Assembly (NCBI GenBank): GCA_046290465.1
Contig: JBKAGP010000001.1
Span: 6,112,001 to 6,176,000, forward strand
Source of the DNA: Planctomycetota bacterium
GTDB taxonomy: Bacteria; Planctomycetota; UBA1135; UBA2386
Direction of reading: 5' to 3'
Length of the DNA: 64,000 bases
Under the pieces are notes generated by a model. That model ran no database searches. It worked only from the letters and a program-made list of their open reading frames with translations, and was not told the origin of the DNA. This document shows positions 29,439 through 38,067 of the stretch, piece by piece (the first letter of the stretch is position 1; each line of letters begins with the position of its first letter). The translations under genes were made by a program, and so were the position numbers.

Positions 29439-30595
29439 GTGGATGGCGGCCGGCCGACGGCCGAGCGCGCGGCGATGGCGGTGGCGGCGGCCGCGTCGGC
29501 GAACGCGACCTTGCCGAGCGTGCCGGTCGCGGCTTCTGCCGTGACGTCGAGCTTGCCGTCCTGCCAGGCGTCACCGCGCACGGTCGCGGGCAGCTGGGCG
29601 TCGCGGTACCGCTCGGGTTCGAACGAGCCGACCGCCTGCCACGCGATGTCGAAGGGGCGTTGCTCGTTCGATCCGGCGAGGAAGAACAGCGCCGAGTGGT
29701 CGATTCGCACGTCGCCAAAGCGCTCCGTGAGCGCGAACGGCAGCTCGGCCGCGCTGTCGATCACCCGCTGGCAGCCGTTCCGCATCGCCGCGGTCGTCGG
29801 GCGCCCGAACGTCTCCAGCATGCCGCTGATCTGCTCGCAGCTCAGCTGCCGTCGTCCGGCAGCGAGCCAGCTGAGGTCCGGCAGCCGGGCGTGGTCGACG
29901 ACCAGGCTCAGGTCGTAGGCCTTCGGCACGCGCAGGTCCACAGCGGCGAGTCGTCGTCGTGGGATCGGCACCGGCGCGGCTCGGTCGTCGAGCGCCACCA
30001 GCGCGCGCCTCGCGCGCTCGCGCAGCGCCTCCGGCTGATCGCCTTTGGCGAGCGCGGTCAGCTCGGGCCTGGCGTTCCTGCAGCCGCGTCGGAGCAGCAC
30101 GTCGATCGCGACCATGCGGTCGAGGATCGCGACGCGGCGGGCGACCGGATCCGATGGCAACGGCGTCGGCAGCATCTGCCGCAGGCCGAAGTCGGAAGGG
30201 TCGTAGCCACAGCGTTCGAGGTGAAAGGCGCCGTCGGTCATGGCCAGCAACTCGTGCGGGCCGTGGTAGAGCAGCGTCACGAAGCCGAGCAGGTCGGTGT
30301 TGCCCAGCCCGAAGTCGAACTCGTCCCCGCACAGCGGCACCCAGCGCGGCGAGCCGGTGTGCGAGCCGCCGATGTCCGCGATGTAGTCGAACTCCAGCAC
30401 GCCTTCGTCGGTGCGCCGGTAGCGCGACGTCTCGAACCGGCCGCCGCTGCGCACGCGCTCGGCGACCTTCGCGCCGGGTTCCTCCGCGAGCCGTTCGTCC
30501 TCGACGTCGGGCAGCTGCGGTTGCGTGGGGGAGGTCGGCTCCTGCTGGCCGGCGAGGCAGGCGCAGGCGGCGACGACGCAGAGGACTCCCTTCAT
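29435..30595 (-). CDS. Hypothetical secreted protein
   Basis: Signal-like MKGVLCVVAACACLAG|QQ; short HEAT-like helix pair; no recognised family. Confidence 0.65.
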   Translation of the reverse strand: MKGVLCVVAACACLAGQQEPTSPTQPQLPDVEDERLAEEPGAKVAERVRSGGRFETSRYRRTDEGVLEFDYIADIGGSHTGSPRWVPLCGDEFDFGLGNTDLLGFVTLLYHGPHELLAMTDGAFHLERCGYDPSDFGLRQMLPTPLPSDPVARRVAILDRMVAIDVLLRRGCRNARPELTALAKGDQPEALRERARRALVALDDRAAPVPIPRRRLAAVDLRVPKAYDLSLVVDHARLPDLSWLAAGRRQLSCEQISGMLETFGRPTTAAMRNGCQRVIDSAAELPFALTERFGDVRIDHSALFFLAGSNEQRPFDIAWQAVGSFEPERYRDAQLPATVRGDAWQDGKLDVTAEAATGTLGKVAFADAAAATAIAARSAVGRPPST

Positions 30596-30640
30596 CGCGG
30601 CAGTCGAAGCCCGCACCGGATCGCGGTCAAGCCCCGCCGG

Positions 30641-31639
30641 CTACTTCAGTAGCTGCATCAACAGCGCCTTCTGCACGTGCGCGCGGTTGGCCGCCTGGTC
30701 GTAGATCTTGGAGCGTTCGCCGTCGAGCACCTCGTCGGTCGCGGCGACGTTGCGACGCACCGGCAGCGGATGCATCAGCATCGCGTTGTCGGTCCCGGCC
30801 ATCAGCCCGGCGTCGACGCGCCAGTCCTGCAGCGAACGCTTGACCATCGCCTCGCGTTCGTCGTCGTCCCAGTACTTGGTGCAGCCCCACGAGCGCGCGT
30901 AGAGGACCTCGGCGCCCTTGGTGCCCTCGAGGCGGTCGTTGACGACCCGCACCGAGCCGCCGGCGTGCTCGGCCGCCGCCTTGCTGCGCTGCAGCACCTC
31001 GTCGTCGACCTCGAAGCCGAGCGGGTGGGCGAGCGTGATCTCCATGCCCATCAGCGAGGCCAGCTGCAGCACCGAGTGGGTCGGTCCGAGCGACTTCGGT
31101 TCGGGGTGGTTGCACCACATCAGCGTCACCTTGCGACCCTGCATGTTGACCAGGTTCTCGCGCATCGTCAGCATGTCGGCGAGCGCCTGGCACGGGTGCT
31201 CGAACACCGTTTCGAGGTTGATGACCGGCACCGAGCTGTGCTGCGCGTAGCTGCGCAGCAGCAGCTCCTGGCGGTCGCGTTCCCAGGTGCCGGTGCGCGC
31301 CGCGGCGCGGATGCCGAGCGCGTCGACGTAGCGGGACAGCGTGCGCGCCGCGTCCTTGACGTGCTCCTCGGCGCGGCCGTCCATGATCGCCTGCTCGTTG
31401 GGCTCGAGCTCGTAGAGGTCGTCGGCCGACAGGTTGATGCAGTGGCCGCCGAGCTGCTGCATGCCGACCTCGAACGACACGCGCGTGCGCAGGCTCGGCT
31501 GGAAGAACAGCATGCCGAGCGTCTTGCCGCCGAGCACCTGCCCAGGCCGCTTGCCCTTGACGCGCGTGGCGAGGTCGAGGAGGTCGTCGAGTTCGTGCCG
31601 GGTCATTCCGGCGGTGGACAGGAAGTCGCGCTTGCTCAA
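30641..31639 (-). CDS. argF: N-acetylornithine carbamoyltransferase (ArgF' type)
   Basis: FF.PSLRTR.SFE, MDG..EEH, HPCQALAD, W..HP.P, YA.SWG, H.LPVRRNV; start set at TTG 31639 to avoid overlapping tadA. Confidence 0.85.
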   Translation of the reverse strand: MSKRDFLSTAGMTRHELDDLLDLATRVKGKRPGQVLGGKTLGMLFFQPSLRTRVSFEVGMQQLGGHCINLSADDLYELEPNEQAIMDGRAEEHVKDAARTLSRYVDALGIRAAARTGTWERDRQELLLRSYAQHSSVPVINLETVFEHPCQALADMLTMRENLVNMQGRKVTLMWCNHPEPKSLGPTHSVLQLASLMGMEITLAHPLGFEVDDEVLQRSKAAAEHAGGSVRVVNDRLEGTKGAEVLYARSWGCTKYWDDDEREAMVKRSLQDWRVDAGLMAGTDNAMLMHPLPVRRNVAATDEVLDGERSKIYDQAANRAHVQKALLMQLLK

Positions 31640-31674
31640 GGTTGGTCGCTCCGGTGGACTGGGGGCGACCTTAG

Positions 31675-32142
31675 ATGTCCACGACGCCTCCGACAAGCGC
31701 AGACGAACGCCGTATGGCGCAGTGTCTCGAACTGGCCCGCGAGGCCGCCGCCCGCGACGAGGTCCCGGTCGGCGCGATCGTCGTGCTCGGCGACGAGGTC
31801 ATCGGGGTCGGCCGCAACCGCGTCGAGGAGCTACGCTCGCCGCTGGCCCATGCCGAGATCGAGGCGCTGCAGCAGGCGTTCGCGCACACCGGCGACAAGC
31901 GGCTGCCGGACGCGCAGCTGTTCTGCACGCTCGAGCCGTGCTTCTTGTGTGCCGGGGCGATCCTGCATGCGCGCATCCGGCGGGTCGTGTTCGGCGCCCG
32001 CGACCCCAAGTTCGGTGCGGTGCGTTCGCTCGGAGCGATCCTCGAGGACGACCGGCTCAACCACCGCTGCGAGGTGGTGGAGGGGGCCGGTGCGGCGACC
32101 AGCGCCGAACTGCTGCGCGCCTTCTTCCGGGCGCGCAGGTGA
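31675..32142 (+). CDS. tadA: tRNA adenosine(34) deaminase
   Basis: EVPVGA.VV, HAE, TLEPC..CAGAI..ARI..VVFGA.DPK.GA, LNH, FF..RR. Confidence 0.95.
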   Translation: MSTTPPTSADERRMAQCLELAREAAARDEVPVGAIVVLGDEVIGVGRNRVEELRSPLAHAEIEALQQAFAHTGDKRLPDAQLFCTLEPCFLCAGAILHARIRRVVFGARDPKFGAVRSLGAILEDDRLNHRCEVVEGAGAATSAELLRAFFRARR

Positions 32143-32279
32143 ACGGACGGTGCCGCCGGAGGTTGGCGGACGGGCTGTAGCTTCACGACGTTTCCCGACG
32201 ACCAAGGTTGAAATGCATCGGCGGATCTGCACGATCCGTCGCCCCATTCGTCTTCGCGTCCCCACGCGGAGACCCTCGC

Positions 32280-32369
32280 GGAGAGGTGCCAGAGTGGCTG
32301 AATGGCCCGGTTTCGAAAACCGGTTAGTGCGCAAGTGCTACGGGGGTTCGAATCCCCCCCTCTCCGCCA
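32280..32369 (+). tRNA. tRNA-Ser(CGA)
   Basis: GGAGAGG/CCTCTCC acceptor stem, CCGGT-TT-CGA-AA-ACCGG anticodon arm, long variable arm, GGTTCGAATCC, G73, encoded CCA. Confidence 0.97.
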
Positions 32370-32376
32370 CTTTTTC

Positions 32377-32393
32377 CCCTCGCCTGGCGAGGG
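32377..32393 (+). terminator. Hairpin just downstream of tRNA-Ser(CGA)
   Basis: CCCTCGC-CTG-GCGAGGG inverted repeat; no downstream U-tract. Confidence 0.35.
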
Positions 32394-32400
32394 TCGTGTC

Positions 32401-32775
32401 ATGGCCGAACGGGACGACGCCGACCGCAGCTACCGGGCGATCGCCGCCCGCATCGAGGCCTGCCTGCGCGAGCACCTGCCCGACGGCTTCCGCCATCGGC
32501 TGCTCGACCGGCAGCGCGGCTGGGTGATCGAGCCCCCGCCGACGTCGGCGACCGCCCGCCCCGGCGAGTTCGGCCTGTGGGTCACCCGCGACGCCGACTG
32601 GATCGTCGCGAGCTACGGCAACACCGACGCCGGCTTCGACCCGCCGTGCACCCTGCAGACCCTGTCGCTCGCGACCGAGCTGACCACCACCCCGCTGCCC
32701 AGCGGCCGCGACCCTCTGCGCACCTTCCTGCTCGACCTGATCGCCCGCACCCCCAACCTCTGGGCCTGCACCTGA
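32401..32775 (+). CDS. Hypothetical protein (124 aa)
   Basis: ATG 32401 after GAGGG SD-like sequence; strong GC3 bias; no recognised motif. Confidence 0.65.
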   Translation: MAERDDADRSYRAIAARIEACLREHLPDGFRHRLLDRQRGWVIEPPPTSATARPGEFGLWVTRDADWIVASYGNTDAGFDPPCTLQTLSLATELTTTPLPSGRDPLRTFLLDLIARTPNLWACT

Positions 32776-32778
32776 CCC

Positions 32779-32886
32779 CCGTCCCTGAGATTGGTTCCGT
32801 CCCTGAGGTTGGTTCCGTCCCTGAGGTTGGTTCCGTCCCTGAGATTGGTTCCGTCCCTGAGATTGGTTCCGTCCCTGAGGTTGGTT
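32779..32886. repeat. 18-bp tandem repeat x6 (CCGTCCCTGAG[A/G]TTGGTT)
   Basis: Units at 32779, 32797, 32815, 32833, 32851, 32869; starts 3 nt after a stop codon, between convergent genes. Confidence 0.97.
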
Positions 32887-32982
32887 CGGGGAGCAAACCT
32901 CACCTTCCGGGTTCCGCCTGGCGCATGCCGAGCTGTGCGCCGGCGACGACGACCAGCTGCTGCCGCGGCCCGATCCGCGCGG

Positions 32983-33543
32983 CTAGACGTCGACGCGCGG
33001 CACGACGCGTTCGCTGGCGTCGTCCAGCTCGAAGAAGGTCGGCATCTCGACGCCCATCGCGCCGCCGACGATGCTGGTCGGGAACGCCTCGAGCACGTTG
33101 CGCAGGTCGCGCACGTTGCCGTTGAAGAAGCGGCGCGCCGCCGCGATCCGGTCCTCGGTGATCGCCAGCTCCTCCTGCAGGGTGCGGAAGTGGGCGTCGC
33201 TCTTGAGCTCGGGGTAGCCCTCGGCGACCGCGAACAGCGTCTTCATCGCCAGGCCGAGCTGGCTCTCGTCGCGGCCCTGGCTCTCGGCCGAGCCGTGGTT
33301 CTGCATCGCGGTGTTGCGCAGCTGCACGACCCGCTCGAGCGTCTCCTGCTCGTGCCGGGCGTAGCCCTTGACGGTCTCGACCAGGTTCGGGATCAGGTCG
33401 TAGCGGCGCTTCAGCTCGACATCGATGTCGGCCCAGCTCTCCTTGGTGGTGTTGCGCAGGCGGGTGATGCGGTTGAACACGGCGATGCCCCAGATCAGCG
33501 GGATCAGCACGGCCACCGCGACGACGATCAGGATCGGTTCCAT
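32983..33543 (-). CDS. lemA: LemA family protein
   Basis: N-terminal TM; W.DIDV.LKRR.DLIPNLVETVKGYA.HE, AVAE.YPELK, TEDRIAAARRFFN, FP. Confidence 0.95.
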   Translation of the reverse strand: MEPILIVVAVAVLIPLIWGIAVFNRITRLRNTTKESWADIDVELKRRYDLIPNLVETVKGYARHEQETLERVVQLRNTAMQNHGSAESQGRDESQLGLAMKTLFAVAEGYPELKSDAHFRTLQEELAITEDRIAAARRFFNGNVRDLRNVLEAFPTSIVGGAMGVEMPTFFELDDASERVVPRVDV

Positions 33544-34229
33544 CAGCTGTCGAGCTCCTTCACGAGGTGGCGCGGCCACCATTCGCAAAACCTGCCGAGG
33601 AAGGCGATCTCGGCCTTGAAGCGCGCAGGCTCCCAGCGGCCGCGGCCGTCGCTCAGGCACAGGGCACCGTGCTCGATGTCGATCATCGGCGGCCGCTCCG
33701 CCAGCAGGAACTCCATCATGCGCGGGTGCAGCACGTCGTAGGCGAACCGGCGGTCGCTCGACTTGACGAAGTACTTGCGGCTGAACTCGTCCGACTCGAA
33801 GTCGATGTCGTCGAAGCCGAACGCGCCCTTCAGCTTGTCCCACATGCCCTCCGGCCGGACCAGCAGCGGCGGCGTGTCCCACGGCGGGTGCACGATCAGG
33901 TAGCTGAAGTTGTAGGTCGTCGTGCTGCGGTTCTTGCCGCTGCCCGACGTCACCTTGTAGCGGAAGTCGCCGGCTACCAGCCGGCACGGCCGATCGAACA
34001 GCAGCACGGTGCCGGTCATCGTGTTGCGCGCGACGCGGCCGTGGCCGCGTCGGAAGATCTCGAACTGCGCATACTCGTCGTCGTGGCCGTGGTCGACGCC
34101 GGGGTCGAAGCGCAGGCCTAGCTCCTGCGCCAACCCCTGCAGCGCCTCACGGCGCTTCTTCTCCTGCAGCCAGCCGAAGTACGCGAAGACCGCGACCAGC
34201 AGGATCCCCGCGACGATCAGGAACGGCAT
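33543..34229 (-). CDS. Membrane-anchored hypothetical protein (DUF3137-like), coupled to lemA
   Basis: N-terminal TM; DIDFES.EFS..Y.V.S.D..FAY.VL.P.MME pattern; TGATG overlap with lemA. Confidence 0.75.
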   Translation of the reverse strand: MPFLIVAGILLVAVFAYFGWLQEKKRREALQGLAQELGLRFDPGVDHGHDDEYAQFEIFRRGHGRVARNTMTGTVLLFDRPCRLVAGDFRYKVTSGSGKNRSTTTYNFSYLIVHPPWDTPPLLVRPEGMWDKLKGAFGFDDIDFESDEFSRKYFVKSSDRRFAYDVLHPRMMEFLLAERPPMIDIEHGALCLSDGRGRWEPARFKAEIAFLGRFCEWWPRHLVKELDS

Positions 34230-34260
34230 GCCGCGAGGGTAGCGTGGGCTCCGGCCCGCG

Positions 34261-37191
34261 CTACTTCTTGTCGCCGCCGCCGGCTTCGCCGCCGAGCTTG
34301 CCGGCGCCGTGCAGCTGCGTGATCGCGGCGCGCGCGGCCTTCTGCACCTCCCGGTCGTCGTCGGTGGTCCAGTCGATCAGGTAGGGAAGCGCCGCCGGCT
34401 CGCCGAGCAGCGCCAGCGAACGGATCGCCAGCAGCCGCTGCGCCTTGTCCTGATCGGGCATCGCCTGCGCGATCAGCTTGGCCGCGGCACTCGCCGGGGT
34501 CGTGTCGATGCGCCGGCTGGCGTCGCCCCAGAAGTCCTCCTGTTGGCGGATGGCGCGCAGGTCGTCCAGCGTGTTCTTCGCGTACTTGCGCACGTACGTG
34601 TCGTCGTCGCGCAGCAGCGGCAGCAGGTAGGCAGCGGCGCGCGAACCGAGCGCGCGCACCAGGGCCTGTGCGGCGCCGCTGCGCGTGCCCGATCGATCGT
34701 CGGCCAGCAGCGCTGCGACCTGCGTCTCGAGCTCGACGACGCGCGCGTCGGGCATCGCCTTCAGCGTCGAGTAGGTGTTCTCCTGGAGCAGCAGCAGCCA
34801 CAGGTCGCGATCGAATTCGAGGCGCTGCATCAGGCGCTCGATGTTGCCGATCCGCGGGTTGGCGCGAAGCGCCCGTTTGCCCGCCTCGGCGTAGCGGCGC
34901 GCGACCTCGGCGGGCAGCTGCGAGAGGACGCCCAGCCAGAGCCGGGCGTCGGAGGTCGAAGCCAGCCGCGAGACGCAGCTCTCGAGTCGCGGGTGGCGCT
35001 GCAGTTCTTCGGCATCGAGCGCGCGGAATGACGTCACCAGCGTGTAGCGGTTCTCGGGCTGGTCCTTCGGCCGCTCGGTGCTGTTGGCCAACAGCAGCGT
35101 GGTCAGCGCCGGCAGGCCGGCGGTGGGCACCCTCGCGCCGTCGCCGCCGTTGCCGTGCAGCAGGTCGAACCACACCTTGTCGGCGTGCGGGCCGGCGACC
35201 AGCGCCTGCCACAGGCGGACCTGCGCGTCGAACGGGTAGCCGACCTCGCCGGTGCAGAGGTAGTCGATGCGGCGCGTGCCGCGATTGGTGCGGGCGCCGC
35301 CGCGGTTGGCCCGGGTGGTCGCCGTGCCCTGCACGGTCGACGCCGAATCGCTCCAGTCGATGTCGTAGTGCGCGGCCAGCAGCGGGATCGCTGCCTCGTC
35401 GCCGGCGCGCACCAGCTCCTGGAACAGCCTGTCGGCGGTGTTGCCGTCGAGCTTCGCGTGGAAGCGTTCGAGCAGGTCGCGCAGTTGGTCACGCGCTGCG
35501 GCGTGATCCTGCTGCGACAGCTCGACCAGCACGCCGATGCAGTGCGGCAGCAGCTGAGGGCGCGCCGCCGCGATCGCACCGATCCACGGCGCGGCGCGGT
35601 CGGGCGCGGCCACACCGCCGAGACGCAGCAGCTCGAGCACTTCCGGGCGCCAGTGGATGCGGCCGTCGTGCAGCGTGCCGCGCCACGACACCGACGGGTC
35701 CTCGAAGCACTGCTGCACGGCCGCCCGGCAGGCCTCGAACCACGACGGATGCGGTTCGCGCTGGCGCAGCACGTTGAGCGCCTGACGGGGATCCCGCTGT
35801 TCGGGCAACGAACGGATCACGCGTGCCGCCTGCGCCGGGCTCGCCTGCCGGTAGATGTCCTCGAGCCAGCTCGTCTGCTTCTGGAAGTAGCCGAGCTCGA
35901 CCAGCGTGACGACGTCGTCGCGCGCGGCGTCGGTCCACGCCACCTGCATGCGGTCGAGCATGCCGGACAGCCCGGCCGCCGGACCGACCGGTGGCGACTG
36001 TGGCTCCCGTCGCGGCAGACGTCCGAGTTGGCTCGCCGTCTGCGCGGCCCGGTGGATCCAGGCATCGTCGGCCTCGACCCGGAACTCGTTGCCAGGACCG
36101 CCCGGGAAGTAGAAGTTGAAGTTGGCCGGCAGCGTGGTCGCGACCTCGAAGAACAGCTCGGTGCCGCCTTGCGGCCCGAATGCGAGCAGGGTCATCAGCA
36201 GGGTCTGTGCCGCCGTCCGCTGCGACGCGACCGGCGACGCCAGCGCGGCCCGGATGCGCTGGTGGTGCATCGAGAAGAACACCTCGCGTTCGACCTCGGA
36301 GTAGCGCTGCCAGTTGTTGGTGGCGGCGTTCATGGCGAGCGCCCGGGCGTCGGCGTTCTCGTTGCCGGCCAGCGCCAGCACGTCCTGCGGGCCGAGGTCG
36401 TGCGCGACCCGACGAAGGTTGCGCCAGGTCTCGCCGGTCGGATCGTTGCTGCGGGCGAACGCCGCGAACACGTCGGCCATGCCCTTGCCGCGCGCCGACG
36501 CGTTGGCCGACGCGAACCGCACCAGCGGCAGCGGCCCGGACGCGGCGGTCTTCAGCAGGAACGCGCGCGCCGGCTCGCCGCCGATCGACCACAGCAACTC
36601 GTAGAAGTACGACAGCTTCGGCGACAGGTTGCGCAGCCGCCAGTCCTCGCGCGCGATCGAGTCGTCGACGGCGAGCTGCCGGGCGACGACGCGCGCGGCC
36701 GGGTCGCCGAGCCACAGCACCTCGGTGCGCAGCGCCTGCAGGCGGCGTTCGTCCTCGCGCGACAGCTTCTGGTCGTTGGCGTAGCGCGACAGGATCTCGG
36801 CCATCCGGATCACCAGCGCCTCGGCCTTCTGTTCGCGCTCGCGGTCCTGCTGGCGGTCCTGGTTGCCGCTCTCGAGCAGCGCCTTGGCCTGCTCGGCGCG
36901 CTCGCCGCCGGACCTGGTGGCGCGCTCGAGCAGCGGCCGGGCCTCGTCGCGGCGGTCGAGCGTCCACAGCAGACGGCCGAGCCGCAGCGCGGTGTCCTCG
37001 TGCACGTCCTTGGCGCGCGCGTCGGCGAGCAGGCCGCGGTAGAGCTGCTCGGCGTGGTCGAGGCGGCCCTCGGAGGTCTCGACGACGGCGGCGTAGTCGA
37101 GCCGTTCCTTGGGCGTGGCTTCCCGGATCTGGCAGGGGATCGACGCGGCCAGGGCGGCCAGCGTCAGCGACGTTCGTAGGAGTTCCTTCAT
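34261..37191 (-). CDS. Large secreted TPR/HEAT-repeat alpha-solenoid protein
   Basis: Signal peptide; N-terminal TPR-like helices; C-terminal HEAT repeats (LL.DD...VR..A, LG...A.P.L......D.D.EV..AA). Confidence 0.8.
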   Translation of the reverse strand: MKELLRTSLTLAALAASIPCQIREATPKERLDYAAVVETSEGRLDHAEQLYRGLLADARAKDVHEDTALRLGRLLWTLDRRDEARPLLERATRSGGERAEQAKALLESGNQDRQQDREREQKAEALVIRMAEILSRYANDQKLSREDERRLQALRTEVLWLGDPAARVVARQLAVDDSIAREDWRLRNLSPKLSYFYELLWSIGGEPARAFLLKTAASGPLPLVRFASANASARGKGMADVFAAFARSNDPTGETWRNLRRVAHDLGPQDVLALAGNENADARALAMNAATNNWQRYSEVEREVFFSMHHQRIRAALASPVASQRTAAQTLLMTLLAFGPQGGTELFFEVATTLPANFNFYFPGGPGNEFRVEADDAWIHRAAQTASQLGRLPRREPQSPPVGPAAGLSGMLDRMQVAWTDAARDDVVTLVELGYFQKQTSWLEDIYRQASPAQAARVIRSLPEQRDPRQALNVLRQREPHPSWFEACRAAVQQCFEDPSVSWRGTLHDGRIHWRPEVLELLRLGGVAAPDRAAPWIGAIAAARPQLLPHCIGVLVELSQQDHAAARDQLRDLLERFHAKLDGNTADRLFQELVRAGDEAAIPLLAAHYDIDWSDSASTVQGTATTRANRGGARTNRGTRRIDYLCTGEVGYPFDAQVRLWQALVAGPHADKVWFDLLHGNGGDGARVPTAGLPALTTLLLANSTERPKDQPENRYTLVTSFRALDAEELQRHPRLESCVSRLASTSDARLWLGVLSQLPAEVARRYAEAGKRALRANPRIGNIERLMQRLEFDRDLWLLLLQENTYSTLKAMPDARVVELETQVAALLADDRSGTRSGAAQALVRALGSRAAAYLLPLLRDDDTYVRKYAKNTLDDLRAIRQQEDFWGDASRRIDTTPASAAAKLIAQAMPDQDKAQRLLAIRSLALLGEPAALPYLIDWTTDDDREVQKAARAAITQLHGAGKLGGEAGGGDKK

Positions 37192-37285
37192 GCCGGTAAC
37201 AGACGGGATCGGTCGTTCGGACTTGTCGCGGGTGCGCGGATTCGATGTCGCCCAGATGTCAAGGTCGGCCGGATGTCGCGGTCGC

Positions 37286-37355
37286 CCAGGTCACGATCGA
37301 CCAGGTCACGATCGACCCGGTCACGATCGACCCGGTCACGATCGACCCGGTGACG
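37286..37355. repeat. 15-bp tandem repeat x4.6 (CC[A/C]GGTCACGATCGA) containing the response regulator stop
   Basis: Units at 37286, 37301, 37316, 37331, partial 37346; TGA stop at 37336-37338 is in unit 4. Confidence 0.92.
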
Positions 37356-38067
37356 TGGCGGCGGGGCCGCCGTCGGCGTCGGGCACCAGCCGGTAGCCGA
37401 CGCCGTGCACGGTGACCAGGTGCCTGGGCTTCTTCGGGTCGTTCTCGAGCTTCTTGCGAAGGTGCAGCAGGTGGGTGTCGATGGTGCGGTCGCCGATCGT
37501 CGCGCCGTTCCAGACCTCGTCGAGGAACATCGTGCGGTCGACCACGCGGCCGCGCTCGCGCCACAGCAGTTCGAGCATCGCGGCCTCGGTCGGCGACAGC
37601 CGGTGGCTGTGGCCGGCGCGGGTCAGCTCGTAGGCGGCCAGATCGACGGCGACGTCGCCGAACGCAAACCGGCCGCTCATCTGCTCGCTCGGCGCATCGG
37701 CCTCGCGGCGCCGCAGCAGCGCCTTGATGCGGGCGCGCAGTTCGCGCAGCCCGAACGGCTTGGTTACGTAGTCGTCGGCGCCGAGCTCGAGGCCGAGCAC
37801 CTTGTCGGCCTCGCTGCTGCGCGCGGTCAGCAGCAGGATCGGCGTGCGGCGGTCGTGCTCGCGCACCGAGCGCAGGATCTCGAGGCCGCTCGGGCCGGGC
37901 AGCATCACGTCGAGGATCAGCAGGTCGAACCGGCGCTCCCTCAGGATCGCCAGCGCCTCGTCGCCGTCCTGCGCGACGGTCGCGCTGTGGCCGTCGTGCT
38001 GCAGCGCATCGTGCAGCACGGTGCGGATCGACGCGTCGTCTTCTACGAACAGGACCTCGAAGGTCAT
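37336..38067 (-). CDS. OmpR/PhoB-family response regulator
   Basis: VEDD, LDVMLP, LTA, GADDYVTKPF, winged helix with RTIDTH...LRKKLE.DP...TV.GVGY. Confidence 0.96.
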   Translation of the reverse strand: MTFEVLFVEDDASIRTVLHDALQHDGHSATVAQDGDEALAILRERRFDLLILDVMLPGPSGLEILRSVREHDRRTPILLLTARSSEADKVLGLELGADDYVTKPFGLRELRARIKALLRRREADAPSEQMSGRFAFGDVAVDLAAYELTRAGHSHRLSPTEAAMLELLWRERGRVVDRTMFLDEVWNGATIGDRTIDTHLLHLRKKLENDPKKPRHLVTVHGVGYRLVPDADGGPAATSPGRS

